64,000 nucleotides of DNA, from NCBI GenBank assembly GCA_043812955.1, contig JBDRLN010000066.1, positions 64,885-128,884 on the forward strand. The letters run 5' to 3'. Shown one piece after another: positions 9,604 through 17,982 of the stretch; positions within the stretch are counted from its first letter, which is position 1, and each line of letters starts with the position of its first letter. The notes beneath the pieces are model-generated. The model did no database searches and was not told the DNA's origin. It was given only the letters and a program-made list of their open reading frames with translations. Both the position numbers and the translations under genes were made by a program. This DNA comes from Candidatus Omnitrophota bacterium. GTDB lineage: Bacteria; Omnitrophota; Gorgyraeia; Gygaellales; Profunditerraquicolaceae.

Positions 9604-10461
9604 ATGCTAAATTTATATTCCATTATAGCGGCAGGGGCGATTTTTATTCTCTACGCTATTTTTCTCAATAGTTATTGGAAGTCTAAGATCAAAGAGAAAT
9701 CCAGGCAGGTAAAGGAAGCCCAGGCCCAGGTTATCCAAATGGAGAAGATGTCATCAGTAGGCATAATGGCTTCCGGGATCGCCCATGAAATAAATAATCC
9801 CTTGGGTTTTTTGATTAGCAACTTGGATTCTTTAAAGCAAAATTCCCAGGATTTGGCGGGAGGCCTGCTTCCGGTGGATAAGAGCATAAAGATCCTGGAT
9901 GAAACAAAGTTAATGATTGAGGAATCCCTAGAGGGGGCGCTGAGGATCAAAAGGATAGTTTCGGACCTGAGGACTTTTTCCCGGCGCAGCGAATCCCAGG
10001 AGCTTCTCGTAGATATAAATCAGATTATGGAATTAGTTCTTTCAATTGTTTGGAATGAGATAAAATACAAAATCAGCCTGGACAAGGATTATAAGGCTTT
10101 TACAAATATCTTGGCCGATCCGACTCAGCTGACCCAGGTATTCTTAAATATTATCATCAATTCATCCCAAGCGATAGAGGGTAAGGGGAACATTAATATT
10201 TCTACTTACGAAGACGCAGGTTCTGTTTATGCTAAAATCAGCGATACAGGCTGCGGCATGCCTAAAGAGGTACTGCCTAAAATATTTGATCCTTTTTTTT
10301 CAACCAAAAAAACCACTGGACTGGGGCTATACGTAAGCTATAATATTATCAAGAACCACGGAGGCGATATAAAAGTAGAAAGTAAGGAATGCTTTGGGAC
10401 TACTTTTATTATCTGTCTGCCAAAAGAAAAAAAAGGAGGAGAGGATGAAAAAGACCTATAA
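9604..10461 (+). CDS. Sensor histidine kinase (one TM helix, HisKA + HATPase_c)
   Basis: H-box SGIAHEINNPLGF. N, G1 and G2 boxes present (NIIINSSQAIEG...DTGCGM...GLGL). Confidence 0.85.
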   Translation: MLNLYSIIAAGAIFILYAIFLNSYWKSKIKEKSRQVKEAQAQVIQMEKMSSVGIMASGIAHEINNPLGFLISNLDSLKQNSQDLAGGLLPVDKSIKILDETKLMIEESLEGALRIKRIVSDLRTFSRRSESQELLVDINQIMELVLSIVWNEIKYKISLDKDYKAFTNILADPTQLTQVFLNIIINSSQAIEGKGNINISTYEDAGSVYAKISDTGCGMPKEVLPKIFDPFFSTKKTTGLGLYVSYNIIKNHGGDIKVESKECFGTTFIICLPKEKKGGEDEKDL

Positions 10462-10660
10462 TTTAAGCGGCGATCTTTTTATCGCCGCGGCCTTTGTCCT
10501 TGTACCGGTAGGGATCTTTATGAAGCTTTTAGGGATTGATGTTTTATTTTGGGTGATTACCCCGTCCGCGATAATTAAATTAGCGGGTTTGAGCCTACTG
10601 TTTAGTATTACTTTGAATTTGCATGATTTAGTTGTTTTTGAAATTTGGAGCAAAAAATAA
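10445..10660 (+). CDS. Small hydrophobic membrane protein (hypothetical)
   Basis: ATG with an AAGGAGGAG RBS overlapping the kinase stop. Two predicted TM helices. Short ORF, so weak. Confidence 0.3.
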   Translation: MKKTYNLSGDLFIAAAFVLVPVGIFMKLLGIDVLFWVITPSAIIKLAGLSLLFSITLNLHDLVVFEIWSKK

Positions 10661-10874
10661 AGAACTGGATTGCGCTTTTTAAGACCATCCAGATTTACCG
10701 GCGATGTCTAAGTTTGGGCAATCAGAAGGTTTCTCTTTGGGTACGACCAAAAAAATCAAATTTCCCGAAGGAATATAATTGTTTTTAAGTTAGCTATAGA
10801 AAATGTTTGCTACAAAACCGGGAAAGTTTCCCTGACCCGGTTTCGACTTGACTTTTTTTATGTGAAAGGCGATT

Positions 10875-11249
10875 ATGGGCATTGAAGAAAGAAGAGAACA
10901 TAAACGGGTATACATAAGGTTTAAGGTTGAATGCCGGGGAAAAAAATATTGGCAATATGTAGACGCGATGAATATTTCCGCCGGGGGTATGTTTATATTC
11001 ACCGAAAAGCTGGAACCGTTGGAAACGAAATTAGAGGTTATGTTTGAATTCGGCGACGGGATCGGCAAACTGATCAAGGCGGATGCGGTTGTCGCTTGGG
11101 TCAGGGAGAAAACGATAGAAGATATTAATGGTGATATAATCAAGCCGGCGGGTATGGGGCTGAAGTTTACCAAAGTCAGTCCTTTAACGGCAAAAGAATA
11201 TATTAATCAAGTGGTAGCAGCATCTAATAAGGAGAGTGGTGGTGGATAA
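10875..11249 (+). CDS. PilZ-domain c-di-GMP-binding protein
   Basis: RxxxR (RREHKR) and D/NxSxGG (NISAGGMF) motifs of the PilZ domain. Confidence 0.75.
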   Translation: MGIEERREHKRVYIRFKVECRGKKYWQYVDAMNISAGGMFIFTEKLEPLETKLEVMFEFGDGIGKLIKADAVVAWVREKTIEDINGDIIKPAGMGLKFTKVSPLTAKEYINQVVAASNKESGGG

Positions 11250-11823
11250 GCATACGATCCTGCTTGTTGATGATGAAAAGAATATTTTAAATAGTATCTC
11301 CAGGTTATTGCAGGATGATAGCCGGGAGATAATCACGGCGGAGAATTCGCGGGAGGCCCTGGAGAAATTAAAAAGTATAGGCGGGGTGGACCTGGTTATC
11401 TCTGATAACCGGCTCCCAGATTTCTCGGGAATTGATTTTTTGATCAAGGTAAGACAGCTCTATCCGAATACGATCCGGGTACTTATTACCGGATATCCCG
11501 ACGTGGAATCAGTCATCCATGCCATCAATAAGGGCCAGGTCTACCGGTTTATTACCAAGCCCTGGGATAATGAAGAGATCAAGGTAATTGTAAAACAGGC
11601 CCTGGATTTTTATGACGTATTAAAGGATAACCGTTCGCTTCTTAAGATCGCCCGCCAGCAGGCAGATCTGTTAAAGAGCGTCAAACAGAAATATCCTGAT
11701 ATCTCCCAGGCTGAATTTGATAAGAGCAGCCTGTATATAATAGATGAAAAAGTGATCTCTGCGAACCTCTCGGGGTTTATGCAGAAATATTACAGTCAGG
11801 ATAATACAGAGGCCAAGGATTAA
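11236..11823 (+). CDS. Response regulator receiver protein with a C-terminal domain of unknown function
   Basis: LLVDDE...D55-equivalent (VISDNRLPD)...K (ITKPW) receiver signature. GTG start with an AAGGAGAG RBS. No DNA-binding or sigma54 domain. Confidence 0.75.
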   Translation: MVVDKHTILLVDDEKNILNSISRLLQDDSREIITAENSREALEKLKSIGGVDLVISDNRLPDFSGIDFLIKVRQLYPNTIRVLITGYPDVESVIHAINKGQVYRFITKPWDNEEIKVIVKQALDFYDVLKDNRSLLKIARQQADLLKSVKQKYPDISQAEFDKSSLYIIDEKVISANLSGFMQKYYSQDNTEAKD

Positions 11824-11824
11824 T

Positions 11825-12661
11825 ATGGAAGGACTGGAATCAAAACTTATTAATTGTGGGTTGATTACTACCCAACAGGCGCTGCAGGCTGAAAAAGAGG
11901 CGCTGGACTGTAGGAAGTCCTTAAGCGCTGCTCTGGTAAAATTAGGGTTCGTAACGGAAGAAGGGATGGCTATATTTTTTGCCGACGAATGTTCGATACC
12001 GTATGTCCGGGTTTCAGATTATGTTATTTCTAGGGAAGTACTTAAAATACTGGATGAGAGTTTCTGCCGGCAGTATATGGTTATTCCGGTATTTAAGATA
12101 GGAAAAAGTTTATTTGTAGCCATGAATAACCCGTTGGATACCGCTCTAACGGATAACCTGTTTAAAATAACCAGCCTGGATATCGAGCCTTTGATTGCCT
12201 CCGGGACAGAGATATTAAGAAATATAAACTTGTATTATGGGCCGCAGGAGAAGAATTTCGAGGTTGAGAAATTCATAATTAATCAAAATACCATTAAGTG
12301 TGTGCCTTTTCATCGGGAATCGGAGAGGCTGAATTTAAAAATCCCGGTCAGTTTAACCATAGATGATAAAAATCTTGCTTTGCGCGGACTTTCTTCGGTA
12401 GATGGGTTTACCCAGAATATATCCAATGGAGGGACGGCTATAGGCCTGGAGGTATTTTTTTTTCTTCCTAAGGGGGTTAATTTAATCCTAGAGTTTAAGC
12501 TCTTTCAAGACCTAAAATCTACGGAAGAAATAATCAAAGCCAAGGGCCAGGTGGTCCATTACTCTATGGGTAAAAATAAGAAATTTTTACTTGGGGTACA
12601 ACTTGCTGACCTAGATAGGTCAGATCGGAATAAGCTTTTAAAACTTGCCAGCCAAAGATAA
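11825..12661 (+). CDS. T2SSE_N (GspE N-terminal/MshEN-like) domain fused to a PilZ domain
   Basis: N-terminal ~140 aa match the GspII_E N-domain fold sequence (CGLITTQQALQA...VFKIGKSLFVAMNNPLD). C-terminal RESER...NISNGGTAIG matches PilZ motifs. Confidence 0.7.
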   Translation: MEGLESKLINCGLITTQQALQAEKEALDCRKSLSAALVKLGFVTEEGMAIFFADECSIPYVRVSDYVISREVLKILDESFCRQYMVIPVFKIGKSLFVAMNNPLDTALTDNLFKITSLDIEPLIASGTEILRNINLYYGPQEKNFEVEKFIINQNTIKCVPFHRESERLNLKIPVSLTIDDKNLALRGLSSVDGFTQNISNGGTAIGLEVFFFLPKGVNLILEFKLFQDLKSTEEIIKAKGQVVHYSMGKNKKFLLGVQLADLDRSDRNKLLKLASQR

Positions 12662-13031
12662 TCTTTCTTTGAAAATACCTAAAATCATATTATTCAATAT
12701 TGTAGTTATTGCCTGTCAGTTTATCGCTCCCGGGTTAAATTACGCCCAGACCAGCGAGATAGTTAGGGAATTGGCCCTGGAGAGGGCCAAAGAAAAAAAA
12801 CCTACCCTCGAGACAGTTAAGAAGGATCAAGTAAAAAAACCAGAAAAGCTAAAATTAGCCAAACCTTTGATAAAGACTAAGCAGCCCAAAGTTGAAGAGA
12901 TTAAGCCAGTCAGCCGTAAATCCAATATGGGCCTGGAAGAGCCCAGGATGGCCCAGGAATCCAACGCTCTGGATAAAGAGCTGAAGGATTGGTTGGGTAA
13001 GCTTAAAACCATAGAATCTGTTCTTCCATAA
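12645..13031 (+). CDS. Lys/Glu-rich secreted hypothetical protein
   Basis: ORF with a hydrophobic N-terminus and then a low-complexity K/E/P region. Start codon uncertain (TTG in the track). Confidence 0.4.
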   Translation: MPAKDNLSLKIPKIILFNIVVIACQFIAPGLNYAQTSEIVRELALERAKEKKPTLETVKKDQVKKPEKLKLAKPLIKTKQPKVEEIKPVSRKSNMGLEEPRMAQESNALDKELKDWLGKLKTIESVLP

Positions 13032-13150
13032 GGTCATCCCCCCCCAATGATTTCTAACTTGAAAAGCCGTACATATATGTTATACTTAAATCAGCAGAGT
13101 ATTTTATTAGTTTAAGCCTTTTCGAAGGGGGGGATGCGGATAAAAAAGGC

Positions 13151-13178
13151 TTGACAAAAATACTTATTATGCTAAAAT
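13151..13178 (+). promoter_or_regulatory. Sigma70-type promoter with extended -10 for pilA (TTGACA-N16-TGcTAAAAT)
   Basis: Read directly, 24 nt upstream of the AGGAGGTG RBS. Confidence 0.6.
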
Positions 13179-13201
13179 CATTTTCTAAGGAGGTGACTGA
13201 T

Positions 13202-13549
13202 ATGAAAAGACATGGTTTTACGTTAATCGAACTAGTTATGGTTATTGTCATCATAGGTATATTAGCGGCAATTGCTATACCCAGGTTTGTCAGCTTAAGG
13301 GAAGATGCTCTGAGGGCAGCTTGTGAGGCTAATGCTGGAGCGTTAAGGGCGGCTATTTCTAATTTTTACGCCAACGCTACACTGCATAATGTTAATGAAA
13401 CCGACGCTTGGCCGGCGGATATTAGCAACGCAACGTTTATAAGTGCTTACATGCAATCTGCACCAGCAGCCCCAGTTAATGGCACTTGGGCGGCAGCTTA
13501 TTCTAATACTACAGGTATATTAAACATGACTCAAGCTTGCGGAAGTTAG
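13202..13549 (+). CDS. pilA: Type IV major pilin (prepilin, class III signal peptide)
   Basis: MKRHGFTLIELVMVIVIIGILAAIAIP: the G/F cleavage-methylation site and Glu+5. 115 aa. Strong RBS. The track's ORF start at 13151 is upstream of the true start. Confidence 0.9.
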   Translation: MKRHGFTLIELVMVIVIIGILAAIAIPRFVSLREDALRAACEANAGALRAAISNFYANATLHNVNETDAWPADISNATFISAYMQSAPAAPVNGTWAAAYSNTTGILNMTQACGS

Positions 13550-13572
13550 GATAAGAGTAAATAACTAATAAA

Positions 13573-13606
13573 AAGGAGAGGTTTAAAAACCTCTCCTTTT
13601 TTTTAC
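13573..13606 (+). terminator. Rho-independent terminator of pilA
   Basis: GGAGAGGTTT-aaaa-ACCTCTCC followed by T9. Confidence 0.8.
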
Positions 13607-13612
13607 CAATGC

Positions 13613-13678
13613 AAAATGGGGTCAGAATTATTTTTTCCTTAATCTGCAGGCTCGAAAAAATAATTCTGACCCCATTTT
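13613..13678. terminator. Perfect 24-nt inverted repeat (AAAATGGGGTCAGAATTATTTTTT / 18-nt loop / revcomp), likely bidirectional terminator shared by pilA and the convergent GGDEF gene
   Basis: Read directly. It abuts the stop of the minus-strand gene at 13681. Confidence 0.6.
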
Positions 13679-13680
13679 AG

Positions 13681-14619
13681 TTAATAAAAGGGATAACTTT
13701 TCCTTCTTTCTTTGATGTAGGCGCTCTTTTCTAAATCGGCTTTGGCAAAATCTTTTATCTCGGATACGATCTGGATCGTCTGGGCAGGCGAGGTAAATTG
13801 GTAGGATTCATTAGTGGTTATTCCGATATGAATCTTAAGGATAGGTTTTTTTTCAAAATCACCCTTACGGTTTTTAAGCAGCACTCCATCCCTCTCCCGG
13901 TCCTCTCCATCATAAAAAGAAGCAATGCCTGCGTCAAAGTCATGGATTATTTTATCAGCAATTGAGTCAATGCTATCTGCCAGGCTTAAAAATATATAGT
14001 CGTCGTCTTGGGGATGAGAAAGAAAGTCTGATGGGGATCCGCGTTCTTTAAGCGCCCTCAAGATTATTGATCCGGCATACCGGATCACATCATCCCCGCG
14101 TTTAAATCCATAGCGCTGGTTAAAATCCCTTAATTTATCCATGTCCGCGTAATAAATAGCAAAGGGGTTCTTGCCGGCTATTCTTTTTTCTAATTCTTTA
14201 TATAGGCTGGATTGTCCGGGAAGTTTAGTTAAGGGATGGATGTCCTGCTGCCTGGCTATCCGGTATAAATTAAGTTTAACCTTTAATAATAGTTCATTTT
14301 CGACAGAGTTGCGGGAAATATAATCATCCGCTCCGGCATAGGTGATCCGGGCCTTATTTAAAAGATCGGAGTCAGAAAGGATGAATAATACCGGTATATA
14401 GCGGAAGAGAAAATTTTTCTTCAGGGCATTGCAGATCTCCAGGCCGTTTATATTCAAGGATTGGAATTCTGAAATGATCAGGTCGGGAAGTTCTTTTTCC
14501 AGGCCGGCGAGGGCAGCATCCTGGTCAGGGTAGACCTTGACCTCATAGTCTTCTCCTAAAAGCAGAAGGACAATCAGGTTTTGTAATGCAGGCTCGTTTG
14601 CTATTAGGCTTATTTTCAT
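13681..14619 (-). CDS. Receiver + GGDEF-family domain protein with a degenerate active-site motif (PQDDDY in place of GGDEF)
   Basis: N-terminal receiver (DLIISEF). GGDEF-domain landmarks LTKLPG, DMDKLRDFNQRYGFKRGD, IGITTN. The signature pentapeptide reads HPQDDDY. No RxxD I-site. Confidence 0.7.
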   Translation of the reverse strand: MKISLIANEPALQNLIVLLLLGEDYEVKVYPDQDAALAGLEKELPDLIISEFQSLNINGLEICNALKKNFLFRYIPVLFILSDSDLLNKARITYAGADDYISRNSVENELLLKVKLNLYRIARQQDIHPLTKLPGQSSLYKELEKRIAGKNPFAIYYADMDKLRDFNQRYGFKRGDDVIRYAGSIILRALKERGSPSDFLSHPQDDDYIFLSLADSIDSIADKIIHDFDAGIASFYDGEDRERDGVLLKNRKGDFEKKPILKIHIGITTNESYQFTSPAQTIQIVSEIKDFAKADLEKSAYIKERRKSYPFY

Positions 14620-14753
14620 TTATTTTAATATTTGTTATATTGTAGCATATTCTTAAGAAACTAACAGTTTTTTTATTAATTTTTTTTATCAAGAGCGAGG
14701 ATTTAGTTATTTCCCAAATTTGTAGCAAAAGGCAAAGATCTTGATTGCGCAGA

Positions 14754-14894
14754 TTTTTCCCGCCAAGCAAATATAACATCTGGCGGGATCCCGCTAGCTA
14801 TTTTAATTAACCTGGCGGGAAAGAGGATTACACAGATTCAAGGATGAGTTTTCAATCAATGAAATCTGTATTTTCCCGCAACGCGGGATCCCGG
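14754..14894. repeat. Two copies of the TTTCCCGC...GCGGGATCCCG palindromic repeat family (third locus of the family)
   Basis: ttttcccgccaagc...ctggcgggatcccgctag and ttttcccgcaacgcgggatcccggtag. GCGGGATCCCGC is a perfect 12-bp palindrome. Confidence 0.7.
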
Positions 14895-15038
14895 TAGATT
14901 TTTTTTATTTTGGTACGGGATAATCGGTGCAATCAGAGGTTAGCGGTGTGGTTTTTAAAAATTTTTCAGGCAACCTCGGTGATTTCTCTTGACATAATTC
15001 TTAAGTAATTTATAATTCTAATATAAGGAGTATGAAAA

Positions 15039-15422
15039 ATGGCGAGAGTTATGATAGTAGATGACGCGCTTTTTATGCGTAAAATGCTGACTAAGACCTT
15101 GACCGAAGCCGGCCATGAAGTCTTGGCTGAGGCAGGCAATGCCAAAGAAGCCGTAGAGAAATATAAAAAGTTCAAACCGGACCTGGTAACTATGGACATT
15201 GTAATGCCATTGATGGAAGAGATGGATGGCATTGGCGCGGTAAAAGAGATCATTAGGATTGACCCCAAGGCCAAAATCCTGGTTTGTTCGGTAATGGGCC
15301 AGCAGTCGCTGGTAGTGGAAGCTATTCGTTCCGGCGCCAAGGATTTTGTGATTAAGCCTATCAAGCCTGAGAGGCTGATCGAGGCGGTGAATAAGGCGCT
15401 GATGTCCCAAGATAAAAAATAA
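15039..15422 (+). CDS. cheY: Chemotaxis response regulator CheY
   Basis: Single receiver domain, 127 aa, with D-D...D (TMDIVMP)...K. A TTGACA-N16-TATAAT promoter lies ~50 nt upstream. Confidence 0.85.
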   Translation: MARVMIVDDALFMRKMLTKTLTEAGHEVLAEAGNAKEAVEKYKKFKPDLVTMDIVMPLMEEMDGIGAVKEIIRIDPKAKILVCSVMGQQSLVVEAIRSGAKDFVIKPIKPERLIEAVNKALMSQDKK

Positions 15423-15425
15423 ATA

Positions 15426-16034
15426 ATGGCTGATATTGTTTTCAGTGATTCCCAGAAGGACGCCTTGCAGGAGATTGGCAATATCTGCGCCGGTAATGCC
15501 GCTACCGCCCTTTCCCAATTACTCAATAAAAAAATAAATATAGTTGTCCCTCGTATCCTCCTGGTCCGCCTGGAAGATGTCCCTATGGTGGTTGGAGGGC
15601 CGGATACGTTAGTAGCCGGGCTGATACTTAAGGTTTTAGGGGACCTGCCCAGCCATATCCTTTTTATTTTTTCCCAAAGAGACGCACTTATCCTGGCTTC
15701 GTTGTTGACTGGTAAAAAAGTTACTGAGTCCGGTATACTAGGGAGATTAGAGACATCTGCCCTTAAGGAGATCGGGGTTATCTTAGCCAGCTCTTATTTA
15801 GGCGCCTTAGGCAATTTTTTGGGGATGGGGTTAGTTCCGGCGGTCCCGGAATTAATTGTGGATATGGCCGGTTCAATGATAGACTATATTTTGATCGAAT
15901 TAAGTTGTAATTCGGAATTTGCCTTACTGATTGAATCGGAATTCAAGGAGCCTCAAGCTTCGATAACCGGACATTTTTTTCTCATTCCTAATGTCAGCGC
16001 CTTAGACGCCATACTTAAAGCCATAAATAAATAA
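15426..16034 (+). CDS. cheC: CheC/CheX-family CheY-P phosphatase
   Basis: Two CheC motifs (EIGNICAGNAATALS and EIGVILASSYLGAL). Confidence 0.75.
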   Translation: MADIVFSDSQKDALQEIGNICAGNAATALSQLLNKKINIVVPRILLVRLEDVPMVVGGPDTLVAGLILKVLGDLPSHILFIFSQRDALILASLLTGKKVTESGILGRLETSALKEIGVILASSYLGALGNFLGMGLVPAVPELIVDMAGSMIDYILIELSCNSEFALLIESEFKEPQASITGHFFLIPNVSALDAILKAINK

Positions 16035-17974
16035 TGATTCAAGACAGTTACCGTGAATTATTTTTCTCCGAATCCCAAGAGTATCTAAACAGTATTAATA
16101 AATGTTTATTGCGGGTTGAAACTAATCCCGGGGATTTTGAGGCTATAAATGAGATATTCCGCTGTATGCATACCTTAAAAGGTATGTCTGCCACTATGGG
16201 ATATGATAAGCTCACCCAGCTTTCCCATCATACCGAGGATCTTTTGGATGAATTGCGCTCTAAGAAAAAACAGGTCAGCGCGGAGATCATTGATGTGCTC
16301 TTTAGTTGTGTAGATATTCTAGAAAAATTAATAGACGCGGCAAAAGCCAAGAAAGAGCCTGGAGTGGATATTTACGGGTATATTGATAAAATAAAAAAAA
16401 TCATAATTAGGGAAGGGCAATCTTCACCTCTGGAGCCTAGGACTCAAGGCCTAGAGTTTAGCCCGGAGGAAAACTCGAGGCTAAGGGAATTAAAGGCCAG
16501 CGGTTTAAATATATTTAAAATAAAGATTACCCTGATTAAAGATTGCACTATGAAAGAGGCCCGGGCCTTCCTTTTGCTGACCAGCCTTAAAAAAATAGGC
16601 GAATTAATTAAGTCCATTCCTTCGGTCGAGGCCTTGAAGGAGGGTAATTTTGATTTATCTTTTACCTTTATTTTAGCTCTCCAGAAAGATGACAAGGCAG
16701 TCCACCAGAAATTATTGGGCGTAGCTGAGGTAGATGAAGTATCTATTGAGCCTGTAGTGATAGAAGACAATGCCTCCGGAGATATTCAGCCGCAGGCAGC
16801 GACAACTTATACCAAGAAGATCCAGAGCATGCGTATTAGCGTTGATAGATTGGATAAGATTATGAATCTGATGGGGGAATTAGCCATTGCCAAGATCCAG
16901 CTGATCCAGATTGTCCAGTCTTTTAAAATCAAGGAATTGGAGGAAGTTAGTTTTACCCTGGAACATCTAACTTCTACGCTTCAGGATGAAATAATCCAGA
17001 CCAGGCTTCTGCCGTTAGCCTATATCCTGGATACTTTTCCCAGGTTGGCCAGGGATTTGGCCAAGAAACAGGGTAAGAATATTGATCTGGAGATTATCGG
17101 CAGTGAAATAGAATTGGACCGGGTGGTTTTGGATGAGATAGGCGATCCGTTAGTCCATCTTATCCGCAACGCCATTGACCACGGTATTGAAGATCCCGAA
17201 GAGAGAAAAAAAACCGGTAAACCTGAGCAGGGGAAGATTCTTATTAAGGTAAGCCGCCAGAAAGGGCAGATATTTATTGAAGTTATTGATGACGGCAGAG
17301 GGGTTAATTTTAATGAAGTAAAACGCCTAGCCATAAAAAAAGGGATTATCAGTGAAAAAGACGCCGGTGATTTAGATGAAAAAAGGGTTTTGGATCTGAT
17401 CGCTCTGCCGGGTTTTTCTACTGCCGGGAAAATTACGGATATTTCCGGCCGGGGTGTCGGGCTGGATGTGGTTAAAGCCAAGATGGAGGTTTTAGGCGGG
17501 AGGGTGGATTTTGAAACTAAACAGGGTTCAGGAAGCCGTTTTATCTTAATTATTCCTTTAACCCTGGCTATAATTAAGGCTATGCTGGTCCGGGTCAGGA
17601 ACGAGATATTCGCCGTTCCTTTGATGAGTATAAGAGAGACTATCAAGATTGAAGAGAAAGAAATCAAAGTTTTACAGAGTTTTGAAGTAACCCGGGTCAG
17701 GGATGAGATCATCCCGATAATCCGCCTGGAGAAGAGCATGGGCTTAGAAGGCCTGGTAGCGGATAAAAAAGAGATCGAAAGGCGTAAATCAGTAGTAATT
17801 ATTGAGCATGGTAAAAAAGTTTTAGGCTTAGTGGTAAGCCAGGTAATAGGTGAACAGGACATAGTGGTCAAGCCTTTAGGCTCTATTATTAAGAAGACTA
17901 AGGGTATTGCCGGAGCAACTGTGTTAGGGGATGGCCGGGTTGCTTTAATCCTGGATACTATGAGTTTAGTATAA
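16034..17974 (+). CDS. cheA: Chemotaxis histidine kinase CheA
   Basis: HPt (HTLKGMSATMGY), dimerisation, HATPase (GRGVGLDVV) and a C-terminal CheW-like domain. Confidence 0.9.
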   Translation: MIQDSYRELFFSESQEYLNSINKCLLRVETNPGDFEAINEIFRCMHTLKGMSATMGYDKLTQLSHHTEDLLDELRSKKKQVSAEIIDVLFSCVDILEKLIDAAKAKKEPGVDIYGYIDKIKKIIIREGQSSPLEPRTQGLEFSPEENSRLRELKASGLNIFKIKITLIKDCTMKEARAFLLLTSLKKIGELIKSIPSVEALKEGNFDLSFTFILALQKDDKAVHQKLLGVAEVDEVSIEPVVIEDNASGDIQPQAATTYTKKIQSMRISVDRLDKIMNLMGELAIAKIQLIQIVQSFKIKELEEVSFTLEHLTSTLQDEIIQTRLLPLAYILDTFPRLARDLAKKQGKNIDLEIIGSEIELDRVVLDEIGDPLVHLIRNAIDHGIEDPEERKKTGKPEQGKILIKVSRQKGQIFIEVIDDGRGVNFNEVKRLAIKKGIISEKDAGDLDEKRVLDLIALPGFSTAGKITDISGRGVGLDVVKAKMEVLGGRVDFETKQGSGSRFILIIPLTLAIIKAMLVRVRNEIFAVPLMSIRETIKIEEKEIKVLQSFEVTRVRDEIIPIIRLEKSMGLEGLVADKKEIERRKSVVIIEHGKKVLGLVVSQVIGEQDIVVKPLGSIIKKTKGIAGATVLGDGRVALILDTMSLV

Positions 17975-17982
17975 TATAAAAT

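Noticed and set aside
14966-15526. Two overlapping minus-strand ORFs (186 and 166 aa)
   Set aside because: Antisense to cheY and cheC. No motifs. The plus-strand genes have a promoter, RBS and domain signatures.
17020-17871. 283-aa minus-strand ORF
   Set aside because: Antisense to cheA. Ser/Ile/Leu-rich low-complexity translation. cheA on the plus strand has full domain support.
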